Positions 53,017 to 63,145 of a DNA stretch of 64,000 bases are shown here, piece after piece. The translations under genes were made by a program, and so were the position numbers. Within the stretch, counting starts at the first letter, position 1, and every line of letters starts with the position of its first letter. The notes beneath the pieces are model-generated. The model saw only the letters and a program-made list of their open reading frames with translations, had not been told where the DNA came from and ran no database searches. The DNA is taken from assembly GCA_019057865.1 (NCBI GenBank), contig JAHLWP010000003.1, positions 1-64,000 of the forward strand, read 5' to 3'. Source of the stretch: Promethearchaeota archaeon (GTDB lineage: Archaea > Asgardarchaeota > Lokiarchaeia > Sigyniarchaeales > SOKP01).

Positions 53017-54480
53017 CTAAATATACGTATGAATTAAATCAATAAGATTCTTTGAAAAATTTGGTAGGTTTTTCTCAATTTTTTCTACATCAAGAGTCTT
53101 TTCTATAAAGAGAAGTAAATACAAATTGTACTTTTCGACAGTTATCTTTTTAAAGATTATTTTCTTGGATTCATCAGTTATGCCTGATGAAATAATAAAA
53201 TCTTTCTTCAATAATTTAAATTCTTTGAATGTTTTATATAAAGTTTCAAAATGAGGTGCTGAAATTTCAAATACCTTCTCGTAAATTTCAGATTTTGAAT
53301 AGGTTGATAATATAATACCATTTTCATTTAGCAATAATATTGAATCTGAGTTTATTTTCTTCGCGAATTTTCTTAATTGATTCCTAAACAATTCCCGGTT
53401 TGGACTTAACTGTGATAAACCATAAGAGTAAGCAGTAATTAATGACCAATGATCAAAAATAGATGTCTGAAAAATTTTTATGAAAAAAGTATCAGTATTT
53501 TCGTTGATTTCATCTGCTATAACTTCTAAACTTTTAAATATTTCTTTAGAACCTTTCAAATCTGGATCAAATTTATTTAAACAAACTACAATTGGTGGAT
53601 ACTCATCTAATTCTTTCAATGAATTCAATATATTTTTAAATAGAGATAATGCCTCCTTAATTCTTTCAATATCCTGTATATCAATAAAAAAGAACATCAA
53701 GTCAATATTATATATATAAACCTTTCCTTGTTGAAGGAATCTTTCTCTATATTGTTTTTGTCCTCCTAAATCCCAAATAGTAATAGTAGAGTTTTGTTCC
53801 TCAAAAATCTTTTCTTCTGTCCTATCAACTCCTTTAGTAGGAAGTGATTTGATAATTTCGGAGTATTTTCTCTTTACTCCATAAAGAAAACTTGTTTTAC
53901 CAGCTTTATCGAGGCCTGTTAATAAAATTTTTATCTGTTTTTTAAGAGAAAAAGGATCTTTTAATTCTTTAGTAAATTCAAACAAATCTGCTCTCAAATT
54001 AGCCAAAATCTCCTTATATTCACTAGAATTATTAGAATCTTGTATTCTTGTAGCTGCTCTATCAATAATAATCCGTAAATATTTCATATTTTCATAGAAA
54101 AATACCTTATCGTCTTCATTTATTAAAATTGTGATTGTTGATGCTAGAGCTTGACCCCGCGCTTTTGCTTCAGGGATCAAAAAAAAGTAAGTTAATCCGT
54201 TTAACTTTAAATCAGGAAAGGGTAGGATTCCAAAGTAATTAATCCCTTCTGTTCCAGTTCCGTCCTGATAAGTGCTCTCTCCCATTAAAAGTGAGATTGT
54301 TTTCATTGCGATGGAGAAACGGGCTTTATCATCTAACTCTTGAGGCCAGACTAATTTTGGAGTAGGGCCATTCTCATCAAAAATACTTAAAACAATTGAT
54401 TTTATTATGTTCTCTTTCTTATCATTTGGCTTTTCTTCAGTTGCTTTACTTTTCTTCGATTTTAAATTTGATTTAGGCAA
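53017..54480 (-). CDS. Longin(uDENN)-small GTPase-roadblock fusion with an ARG arginine-finger-like motif
   Basis: IVLSIFDENGPTPKLVWP and FFLIPEAKARGQALASTITIL; GLDKAGKTS, PTKG, WDLGGQ, NKFD, TSIFD; Rag-like C-terminal domain QLSPNRELFRNQLRKFAKKINSDSILLLNENG. Confidence 0.85.
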   Translation of the reverse strand: MPKSNLKSKKSKATEEKPNDKKENIIKSIVLSIFDENGPTPKLVWPQELDDKARFSIAMKTISLLMGESTYQDGTGTEGINYFGILPFPDLKLNGLTYFFLIPEAKARGQALASTITILINEDDKVFFYENMKYLRIIIDRAATRIQDSNNSSEYKEILANLRADLFEFTKELKDPFSLKKQIKILLTGLDKAGKTSFLYGVKRKYSEIIKSLPTKGVDRTEEKIFEEQNSTITIWDLGGQKQYRERFLQQGKVYIYNIDLMFFFIDIQDIERIKEALSLFKNILNSLKELDEYPPIVVCLNKFDPDLKGSKEIFKSLEVIADEINENTDTFFIKIFQTSIFDHWSLITAYSYGLSQLSPNRELFRNQLRKFAKKINSDSILLLNENGIILSTYSKSEIYEKVFEISAPHFETLYKTFKEFKLLKKDFIISSGITDESKKIIFKKITVEKYNLYLLLFIEKTLDVEKIEKNLPNFSKNLIDLIHTYI

Positions 54481-54603
54481 TTTATCCCCAGTTATATAAT
54501 TAAAAGAGCATGAATTTAATTCATAATATTATACTAATATACCTAAGATAATTATTACTATTAAATTATCTTTTTTCGAAAAAATTAAGGGTTTATAATT
54601 TTA

Positions 54604-56412
54604 TTAAGGAAAAAATTTCAAACATGCTATTTTTGAGGTGTTACAAATCTTTTTTACGAAATCTTTTAAATTTATATTGTTTTTATCAAGTTCATTAAGG
54701 GAAATTTGTTCAAAAATTTCATTTTGAATTAATGGGTGGAATTCTCCTTGCTTAATTACTTTCTCATATAAATCAAATTCTATATTATCTCGAAAATGAG
54801 CAGAATTAGTATAATATTTTCTTTTTCCTTTAGAATAAGGTATTGCTAATTTTGGAAAATGTTTTAAATCTAATCTGACAAATCTATTTAATGCTTTTTT
54901 TGATGAATTTTCAATAAGCGAATAATTTTTACCTTCTTTAGAAGATAGTTCTTCACAAGTTTGAATCATTTTCTTTAAAATTTTCTTTCCTAAATTATAT
55001 GCTTCGGAATGATCATGTAATTCATAATCGGTTAGAATTTTCACTGCTTCATTTAAGCCGACAAAACTTATTGATAAATTTTGGTTTTTCAAATCAAAAA
55101 GATGGTGATTATTAATAAAACCACTACAAAAAGGCAAATGATTTGTGTTCAATCTTTTTCTTATTATATCATATTTTTTTAATAATATAACAGAGCAAAA
55201 CTTCATTTTTTCCTCTAAGATTTCCATATATTGATCTTCTTCCTTCGCGATATAGGCAAATCTTGGTAGATTTAAACAAATACTTTGTAGTACCCCAATA
55301 TTAGAGCTATTAAGTAAATTTATTTGATTTTTTAATTTAGTTTTAAACCAATTAGAACATAAATTTAGAAGATAAGGTGTTTTCACTTTTTTGATCTCTT
55401 CCCAAACCTTTGAATAGGCTGATTCAAAATCATCTAACGATTTTTCAGTAAAAAATATTTGATGTTTTAAAAAATTAAATGAATTACTTAAAAAATCTCC
55501 TTTAATAAAGACGTTAGTAAGAGTATTAAATAGTTTTAAACATTCATCATTATAATCGCCATATACCCCTTTGATTTTTCCATGGGGACCTATTGCAGGA
55601 TATTCGGAGAGATCTTCAAGGATAAATGGTGAAGTTGATATAAATGTTTTTGAGATATTACGACCAATTATTGTGGGCAATTGATTAAATTCATAGACTA
55701 ATTCCCGTATTCCATTAGTTATTTGTTCGTTAGATAAACCCTTTATATAAGGAGCAAGATAAGTAGTGATAGCAGGAAATCCTTGATTCCCACAAAATTC
55801 ACTTTGAATTAAGCTTAACCAATTGGAAAGGTGCTGAATTGCAATGTTAAAATTATCAGCTGGTCCTGATTTACAACATGTAATCTTATTTATTATAGGA
55901 GGTATACCATTCTTTAAGATTATTCGTGGATCCCAGATTTGACTTAGTGGTCTTAAGTCAAAATATTTAAGTTTATTAATATGGATATCTCCATATAAAT
56001 GCGCTTTAGCCTCATTATCATCTAAAATTCTTAATAATGTGTATTCTTCAGCTAATTGATCTGCTGCCCAATTATGTACTTTTTCAGGATTAATCACCTC
56101 TTTAGTAAAGGGTTTACGTCCTTTTTCAAGAATTTCTTCATAATCCATTAGTGGCATACCAATACGGGTATAAAGTTTTCGTTCTTGCTCAAAGTGATTC
56201 TCTGAAAGCATTGAACAAACTATTTCTCTTATATGGGGGCCAGAAAGAAATTTTATGCCTGAACTTATTATTCTCCGTACTACAAGCTCTGTTATATGCT
56301 TAGCATCTTCTTCACTCATTTTTGTTTCTTTAATAATGCTATTAATAATTTTTGAGGGATCAAATTCAGCCATGTCACCCTCTGTTCGAAATACTTTAGG
56401 TAATAAATCCAT
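54604..56412 (-). CDS. ATP-cone plus degenerate class III ribonucleotide reductase (NrdD-like) lacking the glycyl-radical domain
   Basis: FDPSKI..IREIV ATP cone; HLYGDIHI, LNLPR, SISFVGLNEAV, YYTNSAH; no C-terminal CxxC ribbon or RxxGY. Confidence 0.8.
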   Translation of the reverse strand: MDLLPKVFRTEGDMAEFDPSKIINSIIKETKMSEEDAKHITELVVRRIISSGIKFLSGPHIREIVCSMLSENHFEQERKLYTRIGMPLMDYEEILEKGRKPFTKEVINPEKVHNWAADQLAEEYTLLRILDDNEAKAHLYGDIHINKLKYFDLRPLSQIWDPRIILKNGIPPIINKITCCKSGPADNFNIAIQHLSNWLSLIQSEFCGNQGFPAITTYLAPYIKGLSNEQITNGIRELVYEFNQLPTIIGRNISKTFISTSPFILEDLSEYPAIGPHGKIKGVYGDYNDECLKLFNTLTNVFIKGDFLSNSFNFLKHQIFFTEKSLDDFESAYSKVWEEIKKVKTPYLLNLCSNWFKTKLKNQINLLNSSNIGVLQSICLNLPRFAYIAKEEDQYMEILEEKMKFCSVILLKKYDIIRKRLNTNHLPFCSGFINNHHLFDLKNQNLSISFVGLNEAVKILTDYELHDHSEAYNLGKKILKKMIQTCEELSSKEGKNYSLIENSSKKALNRFVRLDLKHFPKLAIPYSKGKRKYYTNSAHFRDNIEFDLYEKVIKQGEFHPLIQNEIFEQISLNELDKNNINLKDFVKKICNTSKIACLKFFP

Positions 56413-56712
56413 AATAAGCCTTTAAATGGTTTTTTTTAGTATAATATTCTTTTTCTTGAATTATAATATTCAAGAGACTTAAAAAAAAATATTATTAACT
56501 GATTAAATTGGAATTATTTATTATATAATTTTTAAGTATGCTGGAAGCTTCCTATAAATAGAATTAACCTATGAATTTTTGTCGTACCATACAATAACGC
56601 TTCAAAAAAAGATTCTTTTTAGGGTTTCTGTTTTAAAAAAATTAAAATAATAGTTAATTAAAATTTCGATACTCCCTTTGCTTTATTTTAATGCAATACA
56701 CTCTTCTGACTT

Positions 56713-57516
56713 ATGTTAAAAATATTGCCGGAGACATTTTTAAAAAAATTGTTTATCGAAATATATAATATTTTAAAAAAAACTGAAAAAGCAGCAACTG
56801 AAATATGGTGTGAAGCTTCAGAAATAGATTTTTTTAAGAGATTTAATGACTATGAACTCAGAGATTTTTTAAATTTTTTTGAATTTCTCTCAATTCAAAA
56901 AGGGAAATATTTAGATTACATTGTAATTAATAAAATTTTATTTGTTATGGAATCTGTCAGAATTTTACAATTTGACATTAAAGACGTTTCAGTATTGTTA
57001 GATTATAAAGGTTTTGAAACATTAATAAAAGAAATTTTATTGAAAAACAATTATAAAACTACGACAAATTTTAGGTTTTCAGATAAATCCAATTTTAAAT
57101 CAAAAACTTTACAAAAAAGATATGAAATTGATGTCATAGGTATTTATTTAAATTATGTATTGGTTATTGATGCTAAACAATGGAAACACAAAGATTCGTA
57201 TAGTTCATTAAATAAAGCAGCCAATTTACAATATCAACGTGTTTTAGCTTTGAAGAAAAATCAAGATGCTTTTTCTAAATTAATTCAAAAACTTATGGGT
57301 ACAAATCTTAGTTTAAAAAGAAATTTACCTTTAATATTAATACCTATCATGGTCACAATTGAGGATAATTTTATCAAAATAAATGATAATCAAGTACCTC
57401 TAGTTTCAATATATGAATTGAATTCTTTTTTACAAGAAATACCTAATAACATAGAGTATTTTAAGAAAGTTATGATCTATAAGGTTTCTATACAAAAACA
57501 ACTGTTAAAATTGTAG
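56713..57516 (+). CDS. PD-(D/E)xK restriction-endonuclease-like (Mrr_cat) protein
   Basis: GFETLI..EIDVI..VIDAKQW. Confidence 0.75.
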   Translation: MLKILPETFLKKLFIEIYNILKKTEKAATEIWCEASEIDFFKRFNDYELRDFLNFFEFLSIQKGKYLDYIVINKILFVMESVRILQFDIKDVSVLLDYKGFETLIKEILLKNNYKTTTNFRFSDKSNFKSKTLQKRYEIDVIGIYLNYVLVIDAKQWKHKDSYSSLNKAANLQYQRVLALKKNQDAFSKLIQKLMGTNLSLKRNLPLILIPIMVTIEDNFIKINDNQVPLVSIYELNSFLQEIPNNIEYFKKVMIYKVSIQKQLLKL

Positions 57517-57624
57517 AACCTTAGCCACAATCTCCAAATTTTTCCTTCCATGTTAAAAATATTAATAATATAGTTTATCTGCTTAAATTTCAAAAAATTA
57601 AAAGGAGTTTAGTTCAAATAAATA

Positions 57625-58566
57625 TTAACTTTTTATACCTAAATATTCTATAAGCTGTTTTTTAACAATATTTGCTGCGAAATTAATAATTCCACTTTTA
57701 GCTTTTGGATATGAGTAAATGACTAAAATCATATCTTTAATGCTTTGAGATTCTTTACCAATTGGAGCTAAATCTAAGACTCCTTCTGTCCCTCTTACTG
57801 ATATAGACTTTAAAGAACCAGCACTTAAACCATTAATAATATCTGCTCCAATTTGATTTAAGGTTTGACCAATAGTAGCAAATAACGTATCAGAAATTCT
57901 ATTTGATAAAGCTGATGCCAATATTGTTCCATCACTCTTTATAATTGCGGAAGCTTCGATATGAAGGTCTAATGTTAATAATTGGTTTAAAATTTCATTC
58001 ATACTAGCGGGGGGGATTTTTTCAGTTACTTGTTCTTTTTTAGTTTTAGATTTAGGTGTATCTAATTTTTTTACTGTAATTTTTTTTGATAAGAATCCCA
58101 AAACTTCAGTCATATCCTTCTCCAATTGTTTCTGTTTCATAAGTGTTGATTCAACTTCTGCTTCTGTACTTTTTGGCAATGTTTGAGTTCCTGAAGTTTC
58201 TCCACTCGGATGTAAAATAGAAACGCTATTTGATGCTATAATTGAGCTTCTATAAGGTTGTGGAGTAATCTCTTTCAAAATTTCTCTTTTGTCTTTTAAA
58301 GATTCTTCGCTTTCAGGTACAATAATTGATTCCGCATCTTTATCCATAAAATCTTCTAATATCTCATCTTCCACTTTTGGAATTTCTTGTAAATCTAAAT
58401 CTTTTAATTTCTGTCCTTTCTCTTTTTTCGTTTTAGAAACTGATACGCGCAATCGTGGTGATTTAGAAGAAACTGGAAGTAAAGCCCCACATTTCCTGCA
58501 AAATTTAACATCTTGATTTGTTGCACCGCAATTTTGACAAATAATTATGGCAAATAACGCCTCCAA
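57625..58566 (-). CDS. Zinc ribbon, disordered linker and roadblock/LC7 domain protein
   Basis: CQNCG..FCRKCG; IEASAIIKSDGTILASAL..SISVRGTEG roadblock pattern. Confidence 0.85.
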   Translation of the reverse strand: MEALFAIIICQNCGATNQDVKFCRKCGALLPVSSKSPRLRVSVSKTKKEKGQKLKDLDLQEIPKVEDEILEDFMDKDAESIIVPESEESLKDKREILKEITPQPYRSSIIASNSVSILHPSGETSGTQTLPKSTEAEVESTLMKQKQLEKDMTEVLGFLSKKITVKKLDTPKSKTKKEQVTEKIPPASMNEILNQLLTLDLHIEASAIIKSDGTILASALSNRISDTLFATIGQTLNQIGADIINGLSAGSLKSISVRGTEGVLDLAPIGKESQSIKDMILVIYSYPKAKSGIINFAANIVKKQLIEYLGIKS

Positions 58567-58801
58567 ACAAACTATTATTCAATTTAAAAATTTGCTTTTT
58601 TCATTATTAATATAAAAAAAATTCACTATTATTAATGTTCTTAACTATAAATTTTCTTTCCTTTAACAGTACTATGTCCTATATTGTAACCTTAGAAGTT
58701 AATTTGGTTTACATATTAAACAATAAATGAGAAATCTATTAAAATATTCTATTGAAATAAAAATCTCTAACTAAATATAACTATAAATGAAGTAATAAAT
58801 A

Positions 58802-59767
58802 TTATTTGTATAAAATTTCTCTTAATAAACTAGCAAACGTTTCAAAATCTTCTTTCCGGAATATTGGATCTCCTTTAAGTAGAAGTAGATAATAGGGTGT
58901 TAATCCCTTTTTCACTGTGATCTGTTTAAAAATAAAATTTCTTCCAAATCTCTGAACTATCATTCTGTTTTCATATCTTTCTTCCATGACATCAGTGAAT
59001 TCAAATGAATCATTAAGTGTTAAAAAATATGGGGTTGAAGCGGTGAGGAGATGCTTTACTTCATCATCCTTATAATAAGCCCCAATAATAAGAGAATTAT
59101 CGTCAATCACTACTATTCCTTCAGAATTTACTTTTTTAGCAAATTCTTGAATTGTTTTTGCTATTAATTCAGATTTAGGATATAAACTTAAAAGAATTTC
59201 ACTCATTGCTGTTATAATTGAAGAAAAATCATATATCGATGTTTCATAATAAAAAACTTTTTTATAATCTGTGGCTCTTTTAAAATTCTCTTTTAATTCT
59301 AAAATAAGACTAGTCATTTCATTCTTAGCATTTCTTCTTAATGCTGGATCATATTTATGTAAAAATATGTAAATTGGGGGCTCTATTTCTAATTTTCTAA
59401 ATTGTTCAACCACATCTTTAAAATAGCTAATAGCTTCAGAAATCCGTTCTTTATTCTGAATATCTATAACATATATTGCAATTTCTGTTCCATCAAAAAA
59501 TTTACCCGGGCTCTTTAAATATGATATTCTATAGGAAAGTTGCCCTCCTAAATCCCACTCTGATATATCTTTTCCAAGAAAATTGAATATTCTTCTCTGA
59601 GCCCCTCTCGTAGGAGAAAGTAATGCGATCTTAGAAAATTCTCGCTGAAGGCTTAAAATTATTGAAGTTTTCCCCGCTTCATCAAGCCCCGTAAAGAGAA
59701 TCTTATTCTGAACTGGTTTTTCAACCTCTTCTTTTTTCAGGTATAAGATGGATTGACCTTTTTCCAA
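58802..59767 (-). CDS. Rag-like small GTPase with C-terminal roadblock domain
   Basis: GLDEAGKTS, PTRG, WDLGGQ, HKYD, TSIYD..AMSEILLSLYP; IQEFAKKVNSEGIVVIDDNSLIIG. Confidence 0.88.
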   Translation of the reverse strand: MEKGQSILYLKKEEVEKPVQNKILFTGLDEAGKTSIILSLQREFSKIALLSPTRGAQRRIFNFLGKDISEWDLGGQLSYRISYLKSPGKFFDGTEIAIYVIDIQNKERISEAISYFKDVVEQFRKLEIEPPIYIFLHKYDPALRRNAKNEMTSLILELKENFKRATDYKKVFYYETSIYDFSSIITAMSEILLSLYPKSELIAKTIQEFAKKVNSEGIVVIDDNSLIIGAYYKDDEVKHLLTASTPYFLTLNDSFEFTDVMEERYENRMIVQRFGRNFIFKQITVKKGLTPYYLLLLKGDPIFRKEDFETFASLLREILYK

Positions 59768-59945
59768 AATAATTTCACCTATGAAATCATTAATGTAATT
59801 TATAAATATATTCTTTTGTAAGATAAAAAATTATATTATTATTTATTTAAGTTTCGCATTAAAAGTTATTATGTAAAAATAGCTAAAAATATTGATAATC
59901 AAAAAACCCATTGAATTGCTAAATCCTTTCCTATTTTGAATAGAT

Positions 59946-60506
59946 TCAAAACTTATTAGTAAAACTTAAATTTTTTCTATATGCAGGTTTTTCCAATATC
60001 TCAATTACTTTCTTAATTGCTTCTTGAGGTGTTTCTGCTCCATAAATTATATCTATTCGCCTATCATCTAATTTCTGATTAGCTATTTTTGAAGACCATC
60101 CTTCACAACTAGTTAAAGCAACAATAGGTTTTTGATATATCCAGGCAAAACAAATTTCTGATAATGTACCTGCCTTACCACTAATAGCTATGCAAGCATC
60201 ACCAGTTAAAACAACAACTATATTTCTAGCTTGAGAAAAGGGGCATGGGATTACTATATCAATATATTTATTAGCAACACTTTTTTCTGCATGTGGAATA
60301 ATACCAATAGTTAATCCATTTTCTTCTTTTGCACCCTTACAAACAGCTTCCATAACACCTGATAATCCTCCACATGCTACAATATATTTACTTTTTGCGA
60401 TTAATTTTCCAATTTCAAATGCCATTTTCTCTGTTTCTTTATCAGTTTCACTAGCACCAACTACTGATATAATTCCTTTAAATTCTTTTTTAAAATCAAA
60501 ATTCAT
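59946..60506 (-). CDS. TIGR00725-family LOG-like Rossmann-fold protein
   Basis: CGGLSGVMEA, TIGIIP, ARN, GTLSEI. Confidence 0.88.
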   Translation of the reverse strand: MNFDFKKEFKGIISVVGASETDKETEKMAFEIGKLIAKSKYIVACGGLSGVMEAVCKGAKEENGLTIGIIPHAEKSVANKYIDIVIPCPFSQARNIVVVLTGDACIAISGKAGTLSEICFAWIYQKPIVALTSCEGWSSKIANQKLDDRRIDIIYGAETPQEAIKKVIEILEKPAYRKNLSFTNKF

Positions 60507-60566
60507 TATCTTAGACTCCTTAGCAAATATTCTCAGTTTTTATAAACAATTATGACTATTATATTT

Positions 60567-61526
60567 TTAAAATTTGAATATTTCTATAGATTTTTGACCA
60601 TCATTAATTTTTAACTTTTTTTCTTTAATAATTTCACCAATAACTCTTGCTTCTAAACCACAATTGCTAAAAATTTCAAGAATTTTATCACAATTAGCTT
60701 TTGGAGCAGTTATTACAAATGATGTTGTTAAATACATTTTTATATAAGTTTCTAAATTATATTGTGCTTCTAGAAGTTTTGGAGGGACATTGATATTATT
60801 AATATTAACATCTGCTCCAACATTCGAATATTTTGTCAATTGTAATAGAGTTCCAAATATTCCTCCATTTGAAATATCTTTTGAAGAATTTGCAAGATGT
60901 ACTTCACCAATCAGATTCATAGATTTACGTTTGTTTAGAATTTCTTCTGAACTTTTAAAAGTCACTGTATCCCAATATAATTTGCTAGCTTTCCCAACTT
61001 TTCCATCAAAATCTACAACTAATATTATAGAATCATTTATTTTAGCATTAATAGCTGATAGATAATTTTCCTTCTTTATTTCTCCAATCATTGTAGAGCT
61101 TAATTCATAGCATTTCCCATGAATATTAGTATGACCTCTTATAATCGGAACTTTAAATTTTTTAGAACCCTCACATATTCCATCAAGCAAACTATTACAT
61201 GTTTTTACATCTTCTACAGAAATAATAATACTAGCAGCTAAAGGAGTACCTCCACAAGCATAAATATCATCAACTCCGACAAGTATAGACGAAAATCCTG
61301 CACCAAATGGGAATTTTTCAACAAAGGTTGTCTTAATTCTATCTGTTGTTATTAATATGAATTTATCATCAGCTTTTATTGATGCTGAATCTTCTCCTAT
61401 ATCTGAAAAGATATTTGTACTTTTAAATGAGTTATTATCTATATGCTGAATTATAGGATTTATCTCAATTTTTTCTATGATATTTTTATTACTTCTGATG
61501 CTTTCTGCTATTTTTTTAAGAACCAT
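60567..61526 (-). CDS. AIR-synthase (PurM/ThiL)-related protein, sll0787/methanogenesis-marker-2-like
   Basis: GEDSA, DDIYACGG, RGHT, KDISNGG. Confidence 0.8.
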   Translation of the reverse strand: MVLKKIAESIRSNKNIIEKIEINPIIQHIDNNSFKSTNIFSDIGEDSASIKADDKFILITTDRIKTTFVEKFPFGAGFSSILVGVDDIYACGGTPLAASIIISVEDVKTCNSLLDGICEGSKKFKVPIIRGHTNIHGKCYELSSTMIGEIKKENYLSAINAKINDSIILVVDFDGKVGKASKLYWDTVTFKSSEEILNKRKSMNLIGEVHLANSSKDISNGGIFGTLLQLTKYSNVGADVNINNINVPPKLLEAQYNLETYIKMYLTTSFVITAPKANCDKILEIFSNCGLEARVIGEIIKEKKLKINDGQKSIEIFKF

Positions 61527-61620
61527 CTATTATTCTAAAATAAAGCTATTTATAATTAATTTTGCTTAAGTTATATATAGAGAGATTAATAATTTAGAAA
61601 TAAAAAAGAAATTTTAAACA

Positions 61621-63123
61621 ATGGAAGAATTATTTGAATATTCAGTTATTAAGGGTCTTGTTTTTAGTACCTATGATAAGTTAGGTCCTCAACCATTTTA
61701 TATGTTTCCTGAATTTATCAGTGAGATTGAGTTTAAAGAGCATTCTGCAGAAATTAATGAGAAAAATCTATTCAAACTAACCTTGCGCGATTATACCCAA
61801 ATTTCAATAAAAAATTTAAGCTTATTTATAAGTGATAGAAAAATATCGAATGATGATGATTTCCAAAGCGTACAATATTTCGCAATTCTACCTCATCCTG
61901 ATTTTAATGCAACGTCATTAACATTTTTTCATTATATAAAAACTAATTTTACTGAATCTCCTCTTGCTAATAGTTTTTCTATATTGGTTGATGAAAATAG
62001 TAGAAGTTTTCTATATAATAATATAAATAGGATAAAACCACTAATTATAGAATTTTTTACTGAATTTGATAAAGAATTATTTAATGGTTATAAAAAAAAG
62101 GAAGAAATTGAACCCCTGTTTAAAAACTTGTTAAAAAAGTTAATTGAAATTGAAAAAGCACCATCAACAATTATAACCAGTAAAAGAAAAATGAAAATTT
62201 TATTTTCAGGACTCGATGATTCCGGAAAAACTTCATTTCTGTTATCAGTTGACCGTAAATACTCGAAATTAATTGGTTTAAAGCAGACAGCTGGAGCTAA
62301 AGTGAATTCTATTAAAGCTCTTGGAGCAACAATATTTTTATGGGATTTAGGTGGCCAATTAATTTATAGAAAAAGGTATCTTAGCAAAGCTCATATTTAT
62401 TTATATGAAGCAGATTTATTATTTTACTTTATTGATATTAAAAATAGAGATAGATTCGAAGAAAGTATTGATTATTTACTGAATATTAAAAAAATTCTAA
62501 ATGAATATAATCAACAAACACCAATAATATATATTTTGTCAAAAGGGGATTCAGATATATTAAATTCTGATGAAATCCAAGAAAATGCCAGAATTATAAA
62601 AAAAAAATTAAGAGAAATCAATCTTGACGATTCTCTTGAAATCTATATAACGAGCATTTTTCAAATTTTTACAATTTTAAGAGCATTTTCTTCAGGTATT
62701 TCAAAGTTAAGTCCAAATAGAGAGATAATCAATTTTAATCTTAAAACCTTTTCTATGAAAACAAATGTTTATTTAACATTATTATTAAGTACGGATGGTT
62801 TAGTTCTTGCCGATTTCTATTCTTCTGAAGCAAAAAAATTGATTGAAATTCCTGAATCTGAACTTATTAATGTTTTTGAGATTACAGCACCTCAGTTTGC
62901 AATTATATATAAAATATTTTCTAAATTTAAGACTTTACAAAAAGAAGAAGCAATTTTTAAAGTGGCTGATTCTGTAATTATCTTTAAAAAAATTAATATT
63001 ACTGATAATAATATGTTCATTTTATTTTTAGTTGATGATGAATCTAAAGAAGAACTAATTAATGAGCAATTAGACCATTTCTTAGATTACACTAAAGATT
63101 TACTCTTAAGATATATTTCCTAA
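61621..63123 (+). CDS. Longin(uDENN)-small GTPase-roadblock fusion without the arginine-finger motif
   Basis: GLVFSTYDKLGPQPFYMFP, YFAILPHPD; GLDDSGKTS, WDLGGQ, SKGD, TSIF; KLSPNREII..LLSTDGLVLADFY. Confidence 0.85.
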   Translation: MEELFEYSVIKGLVFSTYDKLGPQPFYMFPEFISEIEFKEHSAEINEKNLFKLTLRDYTQISIKNLSLFISDRKISNDDDFQSVQYFAILPHPDFNATSLTFFHYIKTNFTESPLANSFSILVDENSRSFLYNNINRIKPLIIEFFTEFDKELFNGYKKKEEIEPLFKNLLKKLIEIEKAPSTIITSKRKMKILFSGLDDSGKTSFLLSVDRKYSKLIGLKQTAGAKVNSIKALGATIFLWDLGGQLIYRKRYLSKAHIYLYEADLLFYFIDIKNRDRFEESIDYLLNIKKILNEYNQQTPIIYILSKGDSDILNSDEIQENARIIKKKLREINLDDSLEIYITSIFQIFTILRAFSSGISKLSPNREIINFNLKTFSMKTNVYLTLLLSTDGLVLADFYSSEAKKLIEIPESELINVFEITAPQFAIIYKIFSKFKTLQKEEAIFKVADSVIIFKKINITDNNMFILFLVDDESKEELINEQLDHFLDYTKDLLLRYIS

Positions 63124-63145
63124 GAAATATAGGATAAATATAACA

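Noticed and set aside
60567-61526. PurM-fold gene as selenophosphate synthetase SelD
   Set aside because: No N-terminal C/U-x-x-K motif; fits sll0787/marker-2-like proteins better
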